Source of the DNA: Phaeosaccion multiseriatum
Lineage: Eukaryota; Protista; Ochrophyta, other classes
Length of the DNA: 64,000 nucleotides
Direction of reading: 5' to 3'
NCBI GenBank assembly: GCA_965112735.1
Contig: OZ218957.1
Coordinates: 1,116,001-1,180,000 of the forward strand
Position 1 is the stretch's first letter. Each line of letters starts with the position of its first letter. The notes below the pieces were generated by a model. The model had not been told where the DNA came from. It was given only the letters and a program-made list of their open reading frames with translations, and did not search any database. The position numbers and the translations under genes were made by a program. This document shows, piece by piece, positions 50,160 through 62,200 of this stretch.

Positions 50160-51473
50160 TTACTGCTGCATGGGTAAGAGGATGAGTGCGAGCGTCTCCG
50201 AGAGGTCCGCCCCGTCCTGCGTGGTCCTGTATGCCTCCAGCGCACCCAGCAGCCCGCAGTGCCCCTGCAGGGCCAGGGTCTTTAAGCTACCTACCGCCCG
50301 CTCCTTGCCGCCCAGGGCCACCCAGTCCAGCGCCAGCTCCTGCTGCAGCCCGCGAATGGTCACCAGAGCCTCCGCCACAAGGCTCGACGCCTCTCTCGTA
50401 TTGTCCTCCTGCGAACCACGACACGCAAGCACGAAAGGTGAGCCTTCGTACTTCTGGACAGCACTTTCAAAGAGAGTGGAGCAAACGCACCGTCTTGGTT
50501 CGCTTGCTATCGGGCTCCGTTGCGGCGGGCACTCCGCCTGATACGCCAGTGCTGCCGAAGCCCCCCTCACCCCTCTCGGTGTCGGGCAGCTCGCCGACCT
50601 CCTCCACACTGGCCATGCAGATGCGCTCCAGAATGAGCTGCGCGATGCGATCGCCCTTGCTCACCTTGAAGGTCTGCAGTTAGAGGGAGAGCACAGAGCC
50701 GTTTGAGCATGTCTTTGAGACGCGGGCTCCCAGCTTGCTTGCCAGCCAGCCTTGCGTACCTCTTGGCCAAAGTTGTACAGCAGCACTCGCACGTGTCCGC
50801 GGTAGTCGTAGTCCACCACACCTGTATTTCGTATTCAGACCAAGGGGGCTGAGAGTTGGGCGCCAATCAACGACATCAAGCATAGAGAGACTACTCACCA
50901 GCTCCCACGTCAATCATCTTGCAAGCCAGCCCACTTCGCGGTGCGATTCTTGCGTAAGTGTTTGGGGGAATGGCGATAGCCAGCTCCGTCTTCAGCAGCC
51001 CCTTGCCGCCAGCAGGAATCTCTATGTCGTAGGCACTTGAGAGCAATGAGAAAGGGGCGCAGCGGAAACGCATCGAATGAGGGCTGCGCCGCCTTCTGCA
51101 CTGAGCTTTCAGAAACACCTGCTCACCTAGCCAGGTCGAAGCCCGCGGAGTCCTTGGAGCCCCTCACAGGCAAAGAGGCATCCTCAGTAAGCTTCTTCAC
51201 CCGAAGCACCTCCTCCTCTACTCCTCCCGATGCCACATGTGCTGGTCCAGGCTGCACGGTGGCCATGGGCGCGGCCACTCCCCCGGGCACGCTGGTGGCC
51301 TTGAGGGGAGCCAGTAAGTGCTTCTCATCCCCCCCTCCGCGAAGAGTGGAAGTCATTCTGGCGTGGGTGAGTTGGAAGGCGTGTGTGCTCGTGGGCGACC
51401 GAAACAGGGAAGACGCAGCAGTGGAAGCAAGGAGCAACAGCGGTCTTCGCATGCGATGGATGAGTTTTGGCAA
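50160..51473 (-). CDS. DUT: Trimeric dUTPase with N-terminal targeting presequence and a probable spliced C-terminal helical extension
   Basis: All five motifs across exons: [42 protein letters not shown]; presequence ...THA-F...LRGGG. Confidence 0.93.
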
Positions 51474-51994
51474 ATTGAATTTTGAAAACTATTACCCAAA
51501 TGTGATTGATTCCGTGGAGGACCAACGGGCGGAGATGCAGGAAGCAGCCTTTTTTTTGGGCCCTCATCATTGCCTTATTACATGGCTTTCCCCCAGAACC
51601 TGGAACCTGCCTGGCCGGCTGGCACCGGCCAGAAGCAGCCAGCCAGGAAGCAGGCCGGCTGGCGCCGGCCAGAAGCAGGAAGCAGGGTCGCCTCAGAAGC
51701 ATGTCAGCCAGGGGCCGACCGAATTGAGCCGGGAGATCAAATCATGCTTGTGGACACAAGGCACCAGTTCGCGCTTTGATTGACGATGCACGGCACTGTT
51801 TTAGTCGAGGGCCGGCAGCTCTTCCTTGGTTCTGATCGTGAGGCATACGCACCTCTGCAGAGGGGTGTGTTCACTGGCTGGCAAGACCATCGATCTCTGT
51901 ATCGCTAGTGGTAGACATCGACAACTCGCTCTATGTAGCTAACAAGACGCTTTCCCACAACCCGTGCAAATATGGCAATGATCTCTAGGAGAGA

Positions 51995-51996
51995 GA

Positions 51997-52028
<32 letters not shown>

Positions 52029-52190
52029 CATCCGTTCGTAACTCACTTACTCACTCAATCACCCACTCACCCACTCGCTCACTCCCTGACTCACGTACTC
52101 ACTCACCCAGGCAAACACCCACCCGTCCACTCCCGCACTCCACTCCCTCACTTCCGTCACTCACTCACTCCCGATTGATCGATCGATCGC
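51995..52190. repeat. Compound microsatellite (CA)n, (CACT)n-like, (GATC)n marking the edge of the gene-dense region
   Basis: Visible directly. Confidence 0.85.
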
Positions 52191-52529
52191 TAAGAGGGAG
52201 AGGGAAGGGGTGACAAACCGAACACTAACGCTCTTCTTCTCGGCTCGAACCGTGCCTTTCCACGCGGTCGCCCCAGTGCATCACACTCGGCCAGCAGCGC
52301 TACGGCTCGGCGTCGCCCTATGTGTGCCTTAACGTCAGTGCCCGCTTCGGCTGCTGGCCGGACAAGAACTCGTGGGCTGCTGCACCCGATACCATGTGCA
52401 GCTCTTGCTGCAACTCCTCCTCGGAGTAAGGAGCCTCTCGGGAGGAGTAGTTGGTGTGGTACTACTAGAGCCGGCAGGGATAGATAAGAAAGAGAGGATT
52501 GCCAGGTCAACCCTCTCTAGCTCTTGTTG

Positions 52530-54040
52530 TTGCGTCGCTCATACTCTGCCCATATCGAATAGTACTACTCGTTCTCTCCCCTCATGATTCGAGCACAATC
52601 CAATGTTTCTCCAGCCACGTTACGGTGCTCCAGCCCCTTGTCCCTGAAGTCCTTCTCCAAGGTACTTCGTACCTTCTGTCGCAATCTAGCAAGATCTTCC
52701 GTCGGTACCGGCGTAACATGAGGCATACGTAGTGCCCATCTCCCGCTCCACTGCTCCACGAGCGCTGTTCCCAACCAGGGATAAGCAAAATCCCATCTCT
52801 CTCTCTGTTCTTCACTCCCAAGGAGCTTGTTCGGAAACTTGAGCACACACGCAGCCCCACTACAGTTACACATCAACTACACTCGCCCATCTGCTCCTCT
52901 ACCGAGATCCTGAAGGGCCAATAGGTGTGTGGTTCGGCTGTCAGGATACTGATTCCATCTTCCTCTCTCCTCCAGCTTTCCGATACGCTTCAAAAAGATA
53001 TTCACGCATGACCCCTTTACAAATTCCAGTACTGTCCGGGTCGTAAGCCTGCTGAAAGGGTCCTTCATAGGTGTGAGCCTTGTACACAAACTCAATTTCC
53101 ATAGTGCAGCCCCTCTCGCCCTCACGGGTTCATCATCAGGGTCTGTACGATGATATATACACCTTTAACGCGCAGCACCGACGCTCCCCTTCCTCTGAAT
53201 CTTCCTCGTCCTCTTCGCTCACCACCTCTACACGATGAACTAGGGGGCATGAGCCCCCCTTGCCACCACGCCACTCCCACGACTTCCGGCCAGCCTTGAG
53301 AGATACTTCTTTCTCCGCCACGTCGTTCGCACCCAAGTCGTCCAGCCAGCAGATTCGTCACTCCTCAAATGCGGTCAGAATACAAAATGCTGGTGTCACT
53401 CCGTAAAAGTTTGGGAGATGTAGGAGGAAATCATGTAACTCGCCAACAACATAAGGCTTCCCCAACACGTTCGAGTCGGGGGCTCCTGGCTTTTTCACTT
53501 CGACCAGCCACAACCACGGGAATATTTTGCATTGTCAAGACCCGTAGATCTGGGCGCATACTGAAGGTCCCCACTTCGGAAAAGATGCAAGACTCAAGCC
53601 TCAATGCCTTCATGCAAGTCTGCAGCAGCATTTCCACAATAATGCTCGCCACATCATTTTCAGACGCATACATACGGTCTTTGTGGGCCCAAAAGTACGA
53701 CTCCTGGTGCTTGATAGTGTAGAAGTCGCTTAGCGTCAGAAGGGCAAAGTCTCGCGTTGTGGTGTTGACACTTTGATGCTGCTTCTCTGTGGGAATCCTT
53801 CCGGAGGAAGAGCAAAATTATCCTATTAGCTGTGGGATACCATCGCCTAGAGTTTTTTGTCGCTTTCTCTCGCTCAAGAGCCTGCATTTCCTCTGCGTGT
53901 CTCAACCGAAGAGCCTGTAGCTCAGCCGTCAACGCCTCCACTCTCACCTGAGCTTGCGTCTCCTCGTCAGTGCTGGCGGGAAGGATAACATTGATTTCAT
54001 TCGCAGCCTCCATTGTTTTCCCTCTCGCCAAAGTCACAAC
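52530..54040 (-). pseudogene. Decayed PD-(D/E)xK nuclease-like + protein-kinase-like gene (Crinkler-type REase-kinase architecture)
   Basis: Across frameshifts: YASENDV..RPDLRVL..IPV/VEVKKPG..VVGELHDFL..FYG..ILTAFEE*RICWL; then LQDLGRGADGRV..ACVLKF..ALRMPH..GLEHRNV/WRNIG..VVLFDMG; at least 3 frameshifts and stops; no introns seen. Confidence 0.7.
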
Positions 54041-54359
54041 CTGGTACTACTGCATGGTGCGCAGAAGGCCCTCTTTGCTCTGTAGACAGCGGCGTCTCTC
54101 TACCCTTTGTTCTCCTGTTTTATCTCACTTGCTCCTCGGCCTTCCACTGTTTCTACTCCTCCTGCCATCCCTCTGGCCTTCCTTCTGCTCCATCATTGGC
54201 TTGGTCGTCCTCCTCGATCTTCGCTGTGCCTTTGGTCCGTGCTCATCTCCCGCGTTCTAGTCTCTCTGTCATCCAGCTTGTCATCCCGCCGCGCTGCGCC
54301 GGGCGCGAAAAAAAATAGCGGGCTCTCCGACGGCGGCGGTTTCGGCGCTCCGCCGAGAC

Positions 54360-54665
54360 TCGCCACGGCGACGACACCATCGTGTGGGCGTTCCTGGCCA
54401 CGTGCCCGCCTCCCAGCGCGGCGAAGGGGCCTTGAAGTTGAGTGCCCTCATCCTTTCTACGCACTACAACCTCTTCAGCTGGCCGGAGGAGCACCGCCAT
54501 GTGCCCTCCTGCATCAACCTCGAGAAGCACGGCGTGGAGGGGAGCTGGCTCTCCTGCCAGCGGGTCCTACATGGGCATCATGATTGACAATTTCAGGGGC
54601 ACCGCTTCGCTCCGCCACGAGAGACTGGCAAAGCTACAGGCCGTCCTGGCCGAGTGGGGGCCCGC
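54360..54665 (+). mobile_element. Probable degenerate reverse-transcriptase remnant (DIRS/Ngaro-like)
   Basis: Broken frames give 'GDDTIVW', 'INLEK' and 'SYMGIMIDNFRGTASLRHERLAKLQAVLAEW', resembling the RT C-terminal 'LG..ID...l.Lp..kl.kl...l..W' of tyrosine-recombinase retrotransposons. Confidence 0.45.
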
Positions 54666-55738
54666 ACGGCTTATATATTTTTTGCTTGGGCCATTTAAGC
54701 CCATCCAAGACCCCACTTGGCGCTGTTATGGCAATGTAGTACCTCACTTGGGTCTGTTGTCCTCAGCACATGCTCGGCGCGGGCCTGATGCGGCCAGCAA
54801 ATGCGTCGTCCGGGCTGTGTGCGCCACAAAAATCCAGCAAGGAGCCAGATTGGGCCATTTGAGCCCATCCAAGGCTTTACTTGGCGCTGTTGCGGCACTG
54901 TAGTATCTCAGCTGGGCCTATTGACCTGAGCATATGCTCGGTGCGGGCATGCTGCGGCCAGCAAATGCGTCGTTCGGCCTGTGTATGCCCCGCAAATGCC
55001 GGCTTGGGGTCTTTTTGATCCCAGCAAGGAGCCAGATTGGGCCATTTGAGCCCATCCAAGGCCCCACTTGGCGCTGTTGCGGCACTGTAGTATCTCAGCT
55101 GGGCCTATTGTCCTGAGATTCGGCTCGGTGCGGGCATGATGCGGCCAGCAAATGCGTCGTTCTGGCTGTGTGGGCCATAAAAATCCAGCAAGGAGCCAGA
55201 TTGGGCCATTTGATCCCATTCAAGGCCCTACTTGGCGCTGTTGCGGCACTGTAGTATCTCAGCTGGGCCTGTTGACCTGAGCATATGCTCGGTGCGGGCA
55301 TGATGCGGCCAGCAAATGCGTCGTTCGGCCTGTGTATGCCCCGCAAATGCCGGCTTGGGGCCTTTTTGATCCCAGCAAGGAGCCAGATTGGGCATTTTGA
55401 GCCCATTCAATGCCCCACTTGGCGCTGTTGCGGCACTGTAGTATCTCAGCTGGGCCTGTTGTCCTGAGCACATGCTCGGTGCGGGCATGATGCGGCCAGC
55501 AAATGCGTCGTTCTGGCTGTGTGGGCCATAAAAATCCAGCAAGGAGCCAGATTGGGCCATTTGAGCCCATCCAAGGCTTTACTTGGCGCTGTTGCGGCAC
55601 TGTAGTATCTCAGCTGGGCCTATTGACCTGAGCATATGCTCGGTGCGGGCATGATGCGGCCAGCAAATGCGTCGTTCGGCCTGTGTATGCCCCGCAAATG
55701 CCGGCTTGGGGCCTTTTTGATCCCAGCAAGGAGCCAGA

Positions 55739-56206
55739 AAGAAAAGAAGAGGTCCGGCACTCAACACCGTGGAGGCTACTGTCGGCACTCAACACCGACA
55801 CAGCCTCCTAAGCTCTTCTTCCCTCTTCCACGGAGGCCCCGGCTCTCAACACCAAGGCAGGCCTCCTTGGCCGACACAAGCGCTCTGTCCGGGCCCAGGA
55901 CAAGAGGCTCGCTTTCCACCACACCAGTATCTACTCTCCTCCTTGACAGTGTGCTCCACTCTTCCTGGGCTCTGTCTCCGCCGCCTCAGTAAGTGACAGC
56001 ACACGCCAAGGTCTCTCCTCTTCTGAAAAATCTAAATTCCCTGCTTCACTGACATACTGTACATCTCCCCAGAGGGGACCCCCCCCTTGGGGCGGTACCA
56101 AGCACCTACACTGACGCTTCGCCCTGCTGGCTCCCATGTCTCCCACCTCTTCCTCGTCTCTGTTCCGCGAGAAACAAAGTTCCGTTGCTGCGCTGCTGAA
56201 CAGGCT
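55739..56206. mobile_element. Non-satellite insert in the array, copy 1 (truncated)
   Basis: Reverse complement of 58237-~58705; ends ...gctgctgaacaggct. Confidence 0.75.
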
Positions 56207-58236
56207 TACTTGGCGCTGTTGCGGCACTGTAGTATCTCAGCTGGGCCTATTGACCTGAGCATATGCTCGGTGCGGGCATGATGCGGCCAGCAAATGCGTC
56301 GTTCGGCCTGTGTATGCCCCGCAAATGCCGGCTTGGGGCCTTTTTGATCCCAGCAAGGAGCCAGATTGGGCATTTTGAGCCCATCCAAGGCCCCACTTGG
56401 CGCTGTTGCGGCACTGTAGTACCTCACGTAGATCTGTTGACCTCAGCACATGCTCAGCGCGGGCATGATGCGGCCAGCAAATGCGTCGTCCGGGCTGTGT
56501 GCGCCACAAAAATCCAGCAAGGAGCCAGATTGGGCCATTTGAGCCCATCCAAGGCCCCACTCGGCGCTGTTGCGGCACTGTAGTACCTCACGTAGATCTG
56601 TTGACCTCAGCACATGCTCAGCGCGGGCATGATGCGGCCAGCAAATGCGTCGTTCTGCCTGTGTGGGCCATAAAAATCCAGCAAGGAGCCAGATTGGGCC
56701 ATTTGAGCCCATCCAACGCCCTACTTGGCGCTGTTGCGGCACTGTAGTATCTCAGCTGGGCCTGTTGACCTGAGCATATGCTCGGTGCGGGCATGATGCG
56801 GCCAGCAAATGCGTCGTTCGGCCTGTGTATGCCCCGCAAATGCCGGCTTGGGGTTTTTTTGATCCCAGCAAGGAGCCAGATTGGGCAATTTGAGCCCATT
56901 CAATGCCCCACTTGGCGCTGTTGCGGCACAGTACCTCAAGTAGATCTGTTGACCTGAGCACATGCTCAGCGCGGGCATGATGCGGCCAGCAAATGCGTCG
57001 TTCTGGCTGTGTGGGCCATAAAAATCCAGCAAGAAGCCAGATTGGGCCATTTGAGCCCATCCAAGGCCCTACTTGGCGCTGTTGCGGCACTGTAGTATCT
57101 CAGCTGGGCCTATTGACCTGAGCATATGCTCGGTGCGGGCATGATGCGGCCAGCAAATGCGTCGTTCGGCCTGTGTATGCCCCGCAAATGCCGGCTTGGG
57201 GATTTTTTGATCCCAGCAAGGAGCCAGATTGGGCCATTTGAGCCCATTCAATGCCCCACTTGGCGCTGTTGCGGCACTGTAGTATCTCAGCTGGGCCTGT
57301 TGTCCTGAGCACATGCTCGGTGCGGGCATGATGCGGCCAGCAAATGCGTCGTTCTGCCTGTGTGGGCCATAAAAATCCAGCAAGGAGCCAGATTGGGCCA
57401 TTTCAGCCCATCCAACGCCCTACTTGGCGCTGTTGCGGCACTGTAGTATCTCAGCTGGTCCTGTTGACCTGAGCATATGCTCGGTGCGGGCATGATGCGG
57501 CCAGCAAATGCGTCGTCCGGGCTGTGTGCGCCACAAAAATCCAGCAAGGAGCCAGATTGGGCCATTTGAGCCCATCCAAGGCCCCACTCGGCGCTGTTGC
57601 GGCACTGTAGTATCTCACGTAGATCTGTTGACCTCAGCACATGCTCAGCGCGGGCATGATGCGGCCAGCAAATGCGTCGTTCTGGCTGTGTGGGCCATAA
57701 AAATCCCGCAAGGAGCCAGATTGGGCCATTTGAGCCCATCCAAGGCCCTACTTGGCGCTGTTGCGGCACTGTAGTATCTCAGCTGGGCCTGTTGACCTGA
57801 GCATATGCTCGGTGCGGGCATGATGCGGCCAGCAAATGCGTCGTCCGGGCTGTGTGCGCCACAAAAATCCAGCAAGGAGCCAGATTGGGCCATTTGAGCC
57901 CATCCAAGGCCCCACTCGGCGCTGTTGCGGCACTGTAGTATCTCACGTAGATCTGTTGACCTCAGCACATGCTCAGCGCGGGCATGATGCGGCCAGCAAA
58001 TGCGTCGTTCTGGCTGTGTGGGCCATAAAAATCCAGCAAGGAGCCAGATTGGGCCATTTGAGCCCATCCAAGGCCCTACTTGGCGCTGTTGCGGCACTGT
58101 AGTATCTCAGCTGGGCCTATTGACCTGAGCATATGCTCGGTGCGGGCATGCTGCGGCCAGCAAATGCGTCGTTCGGCCTGTGTATGCCCCGCAAATGCCG
58201 GCTTGGGGCCTTTTTGATCCCAGCAAGGAGCCAGAT

Positions 58237-59280
58237 AGCCTGTTCAGCAGCGCAGCAACGGAACTTTGTTTCTCGCGGAACAGAGACGAGGACGAGGTGG
58301 GAGACATGGGAGCCAGCAGGGCGAAGCGTCAGCGTAGGTGCTTGGTACCGCCCCAAGGGGGGGGTCCCCTCTGGGGAGATGTACAGTATGTCAGTGAAGC
58401 AGGGAATTTAGATTTTTCAGAAGAGGAGAGACCTTGGCGTGTGCTGTCACTTACTGAGGCGGCGGAGACAGAGTCCAGGAAGAGTGGAGCACACTGTCAA
58501 GGAGGAGAGTAGATACTGGTGTGGTGGAAAGCGAGCCTCTTGTCCTGGGCCCGGACAGAGCGCTTGTGTTGGCCAAGGGGATCCGCCTGGTGTTGCGAGC
58601 CGGGATCCTCGTGGAAGAGGGAGGAAGAGCTAGGGAGACTGTGTCTGGTGTTGCGTGCCGACAGTCTCCACGGTGTTGCGTGCCGGAACTCTTCTTTTCT
58701 TTCCTTTGCCGGTGTTGCGGGGCTCTATGGCTTGGGACAAGCGGTGTCTGGTGTTGCGTGCCGACCGCCTCCACGGTGTTGCGTGCCGGCGCCTTTTGCC
58801 CTCTTCGCCCTTTCTTCCTTGCTGGTATCGCCGTAGGCTACGCGTTCGGTGTTGAGGCCGACGCCCTACTCATCTCTCCGCTCTCTCCTCTCTCCCGTGG
58901 CCCAAGGTGTGGGGGGTGTGGTCCACGGCATTTTATGTATTTACGACTTTTGGAACAGCCACACGCCGCCCCAGCTTCTTCGGCACCCGGCTCCCACAGC
59001 CCTTTCAAAATCAGCAGAGGCTTTTGCTTTTGGTCTCAAGGCGGCAGGCGGGCCGGTGTAGCGGCTGTACCATGGCCCCACACGACCTACCCTGATTTTT
59101 CACCGTTTCGAGAAACAAGGCGCCATGTACCAATTACAGCAACAGCAACAGAGACCATGTATTTGCTGGGGCCCCAGTCTCTCTACACGTGGGGGTATTC
59201 CGCTTGGTACGTGTGGCGGTCAGCATTCCTGCTGCAGTATCGCTCGGAGTTCTGGTGTTTTTCATGTTGGGGGGGCGGGG
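58237..59280. mobile_element. Non-satellite insert in the array, copy 2 (inverted, longer), with reiterated GGTGTTGCGTGCCG motifs
   Basis: Begins agcctgttcagcagc, the reverse complement of the copy 1 end; no recognisable transposase ORF. Confidence 0.75.
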
Positions 59281-62200
59281 CCCCACTCGGCGCTGTTGCG
59301 GCACTGTAGTACCTCACGTAGATCTGTTGACCTCAGCACATGCTCAGCGCGGGCATGATGCGGCCAGCAAATGCGTCGTTCTGCCTGTGTGGGCCATAAA
59401 AATCCAGCAAGGAGCCAGATTGGGCCATTTGAGCCCATCCAACGCCCTACTTGGCGCTGTTGCGGCACTGTAGTATCTCAGCTGGGCCTGTTGACCTGAG
59501 CATATGCTCGGTGCGGGCATGATGCGGCCAGCAAATGCGTCGTTCGGCCTGTGTATGCCCCGCAAATGCCGGCTTGGGGCCTTTTTGATCCCAGCAAGGA
59601 GCCAGATTGGGCCATTTGAGCCCATCCAAGGCCCCACTTGGCGCTGTTGCGGCACTGTAGTATCTCAGCTGCGCCTGTTGTCCTGAGCACATGCTCAGCG
59701 CGGGCATGATGCAGCCAGCAAATGCGTCGTTCTGGCTGTGTGGGCCATAAAAATCCAGCAAGGAGCCAGATTGGGCCATTTGAGCCCATCCAAGGCTTAT
59801 TTACTTGGCGCTGTTGCGGCACTGTAGAATCTCAGCTGGTCCTGTTGGCCTGAGCATATGCTCGGTGCGGGGATGATGCGGCCAGCAAATGCGTCGTTCG
59901 GCCTGTGTATGCCCCGCAAATGCCGGCTTGGGGCCTTTTTCATCCCAGCAAGGAGCCAGATTGGGCCATTTGAGCCCATCCAATGCCCCACTTGGCGCTG
60001 TTGCGGCACTGTAGTATCTCAGCTGGGCCTGTTGACCTGAGCATATGCGCGGTGCGGGGATGATGCGGCCAGCAAATGCGTCGTTCTGGCTGTGTGGGCC
60101 ATAAAAATCCAGCAAGGAGCCAGATTGGGCCATTTGAGGGGAGTCCATCCAAGGCCCCACTTGGCGCTGTTGCGGCACTGTAGTATCTCAGCTGGGCCTA
60201 TTGACCTGAGCATATGCTCGGTGCGGGCATGATGCGGCCAGCAAATGCGTCGTTCGGCCTGTGTATGCCCCGCAAATGCCGGCTTGGGGTTTTTTTGATC
60301 CCAGCAAGGAGCCAGATTGGGGGCCATTTGAGCCCATTCAAGGCCCCACTTGGCGCTGTTGCGGCACTGTAGTATCTCAGCTGGGCCTGTTGTCCTGAGC
60401 ACATGCTCAGCGCGGGCATGATGCGGCCAGCAAATGCGTCGTTCTGGCTGTGTGGGCCATAAAAATCCAGCAAGGAGCCAGATTGGGCCATTTGAGCCCA
60501 TCCAAGGCTTTACTTGGCGCTGTTGCGGCACTGTAGTATCTCAGCTGGTCCTGTTGACCTGAGCATATGCTCGGTGCGGGCATGATGCGGCCAGCAAATG
60601 CGTCGTTCGGCCTGTGTATGCCCCGCAAATGCCGGCTTGGGGCCTTTTTGAACCCAGCAAGGAGCCAGATTGGGCCATTTGAGCCCATCCAAGGCCCTAC
60701 TTGGCGCTGTTGCGGCACTGTAGTATCTCAGCTGGGCCTATTGACCTGAGCATATGCTCGGTGCGGGCATGATGCGGCCAGCAAATGCGTCGTTCGGCCT
60801 GTGTATGCCCCGCAAATGCCGGCTTGGGGCCTTTTTGATCCCAGCAAGGAGCCAGATTGGGCCATTTGAGGGGAGTCCATCCAAGGCCCCACTTGGCGCT
60901 GTTGCGGCACTGTAGTATCTCAGCTGGGCCTATTGACCTGAGCATATGCTCGGTGCGGGCATGATGCGGCCAGCAAATGCGTCGTTCGGCCTGTGTATGC
61001 CCCGCAAATGCCGGCTTGGGGTTTTTTTGATCCCAGCAAGGAGCCAGATTGGGGGCCATTTGAGCCCATTCAAGGCCCCACTTGGCGCTGTTGCGGCACT
61101 GTAGTATCTCAGCTGGGCCTGTTGTCCTGAGCACATGCTCAGCGCGGGCATGGTGCGGCCAGCAAATGCGTCGTTCTGGCTGTGTGGGCCATAAAAATCC
61201 AGCAAGGAGCCAGATTGGGCCATTTGAGCCCATTCGAGGCCCCACTTGGCGCTGTTGCGGCACTGTAGTATCTCAGTTGGGCCTGTTGACCTGAGCCTAT
61301 GCTCGGTGCGGGCATGATGCGGCCAGCAAATGCGTCGTTCGGCCTGTGTATGCCCCGCAAATGCCGGCTTGGGGTTTTTTTGATCCCAGCAAGGAGCCAG
61401 ATTGGGGGCCATTTGAGCCCATTCAAGGCCCCACTTGGCGCTGTTGCGGCACTGTAGTATCTCAGCTGGGCCTGTTGTCCTGAGCATATGCTCAGCGCGG
61501 GCATGATGCGGCCAGGAAATGCGTCGTTCTGGCTGTGTGGGCCATAAAAATCCAGCAAGGAGCCAGATTGGGCCATTTGAGCCCATCCAAGGCTTTACTT
61601 GGCGCTGTTGCGGCACTGTAGTATCTCAGCTGGTCCTGTTCACCTGAGCATATGCTCGGTGCGGGCATGATGCGGCCAGCAAATGCGTCGTTCGGCCTGT
61701 GTATGCCCCGCAAATGCCGGCTTGGGGCCTTTTTGATCCCAGGAAGGAGCCAAATTGGGCCATTTGAGCCCATCCAAGGCTTTACTTGGCGCTGTTGCGG
61801 CACTGTAGTATCTCAGCTGGGCCTGTTGACCTGAGCATATGCTCGGTGCGGGCATGATGCGGCCAGCAAATGCGTCGTTCGGCCTGTGTATGCCCCGCAA
61901 ATGCCGGCTTGGGGCCTTTTTGATCCCAGGAAGGAGCCAAATTGGGCCATTTGAGCCCATCCAAGGCTTTACTTGGCGCTGTTGCGGCACTGTAGTATCT
62001 CAGCTGGGCCTGTTGACCTGAGCACATGCTCAGCGCGGGCATGATGCAGCCAACAAATGCGTCGTTCTGGCTGTGTGGGCCATAAAAATCCAGCAAGGAG
62101 CCAGATTGGGCCATTTGAGCCCATCCAAGGCTTTACTTGGCGCTGTTGCGGCACTGTAGTATCTCAGCTGGTCCTGTTGACCTGAGCATATGCTCGGTGC

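Noticed and set aside
50160-51473. dUTPase as a sign of an endogenous virus or retroelement
   Set aside because: It has spliceosomal introns, a targeting presequence and host-like composition, and no viral hallmark genes lie nearby.
53355-53365. In-frame TGA at a conserved Trp as evidence of stop-codon recoding
   Set aside because: The same gene has several frameshifts and neighbouring genes use TGA as a normal stop, so this is pseudogene decay.
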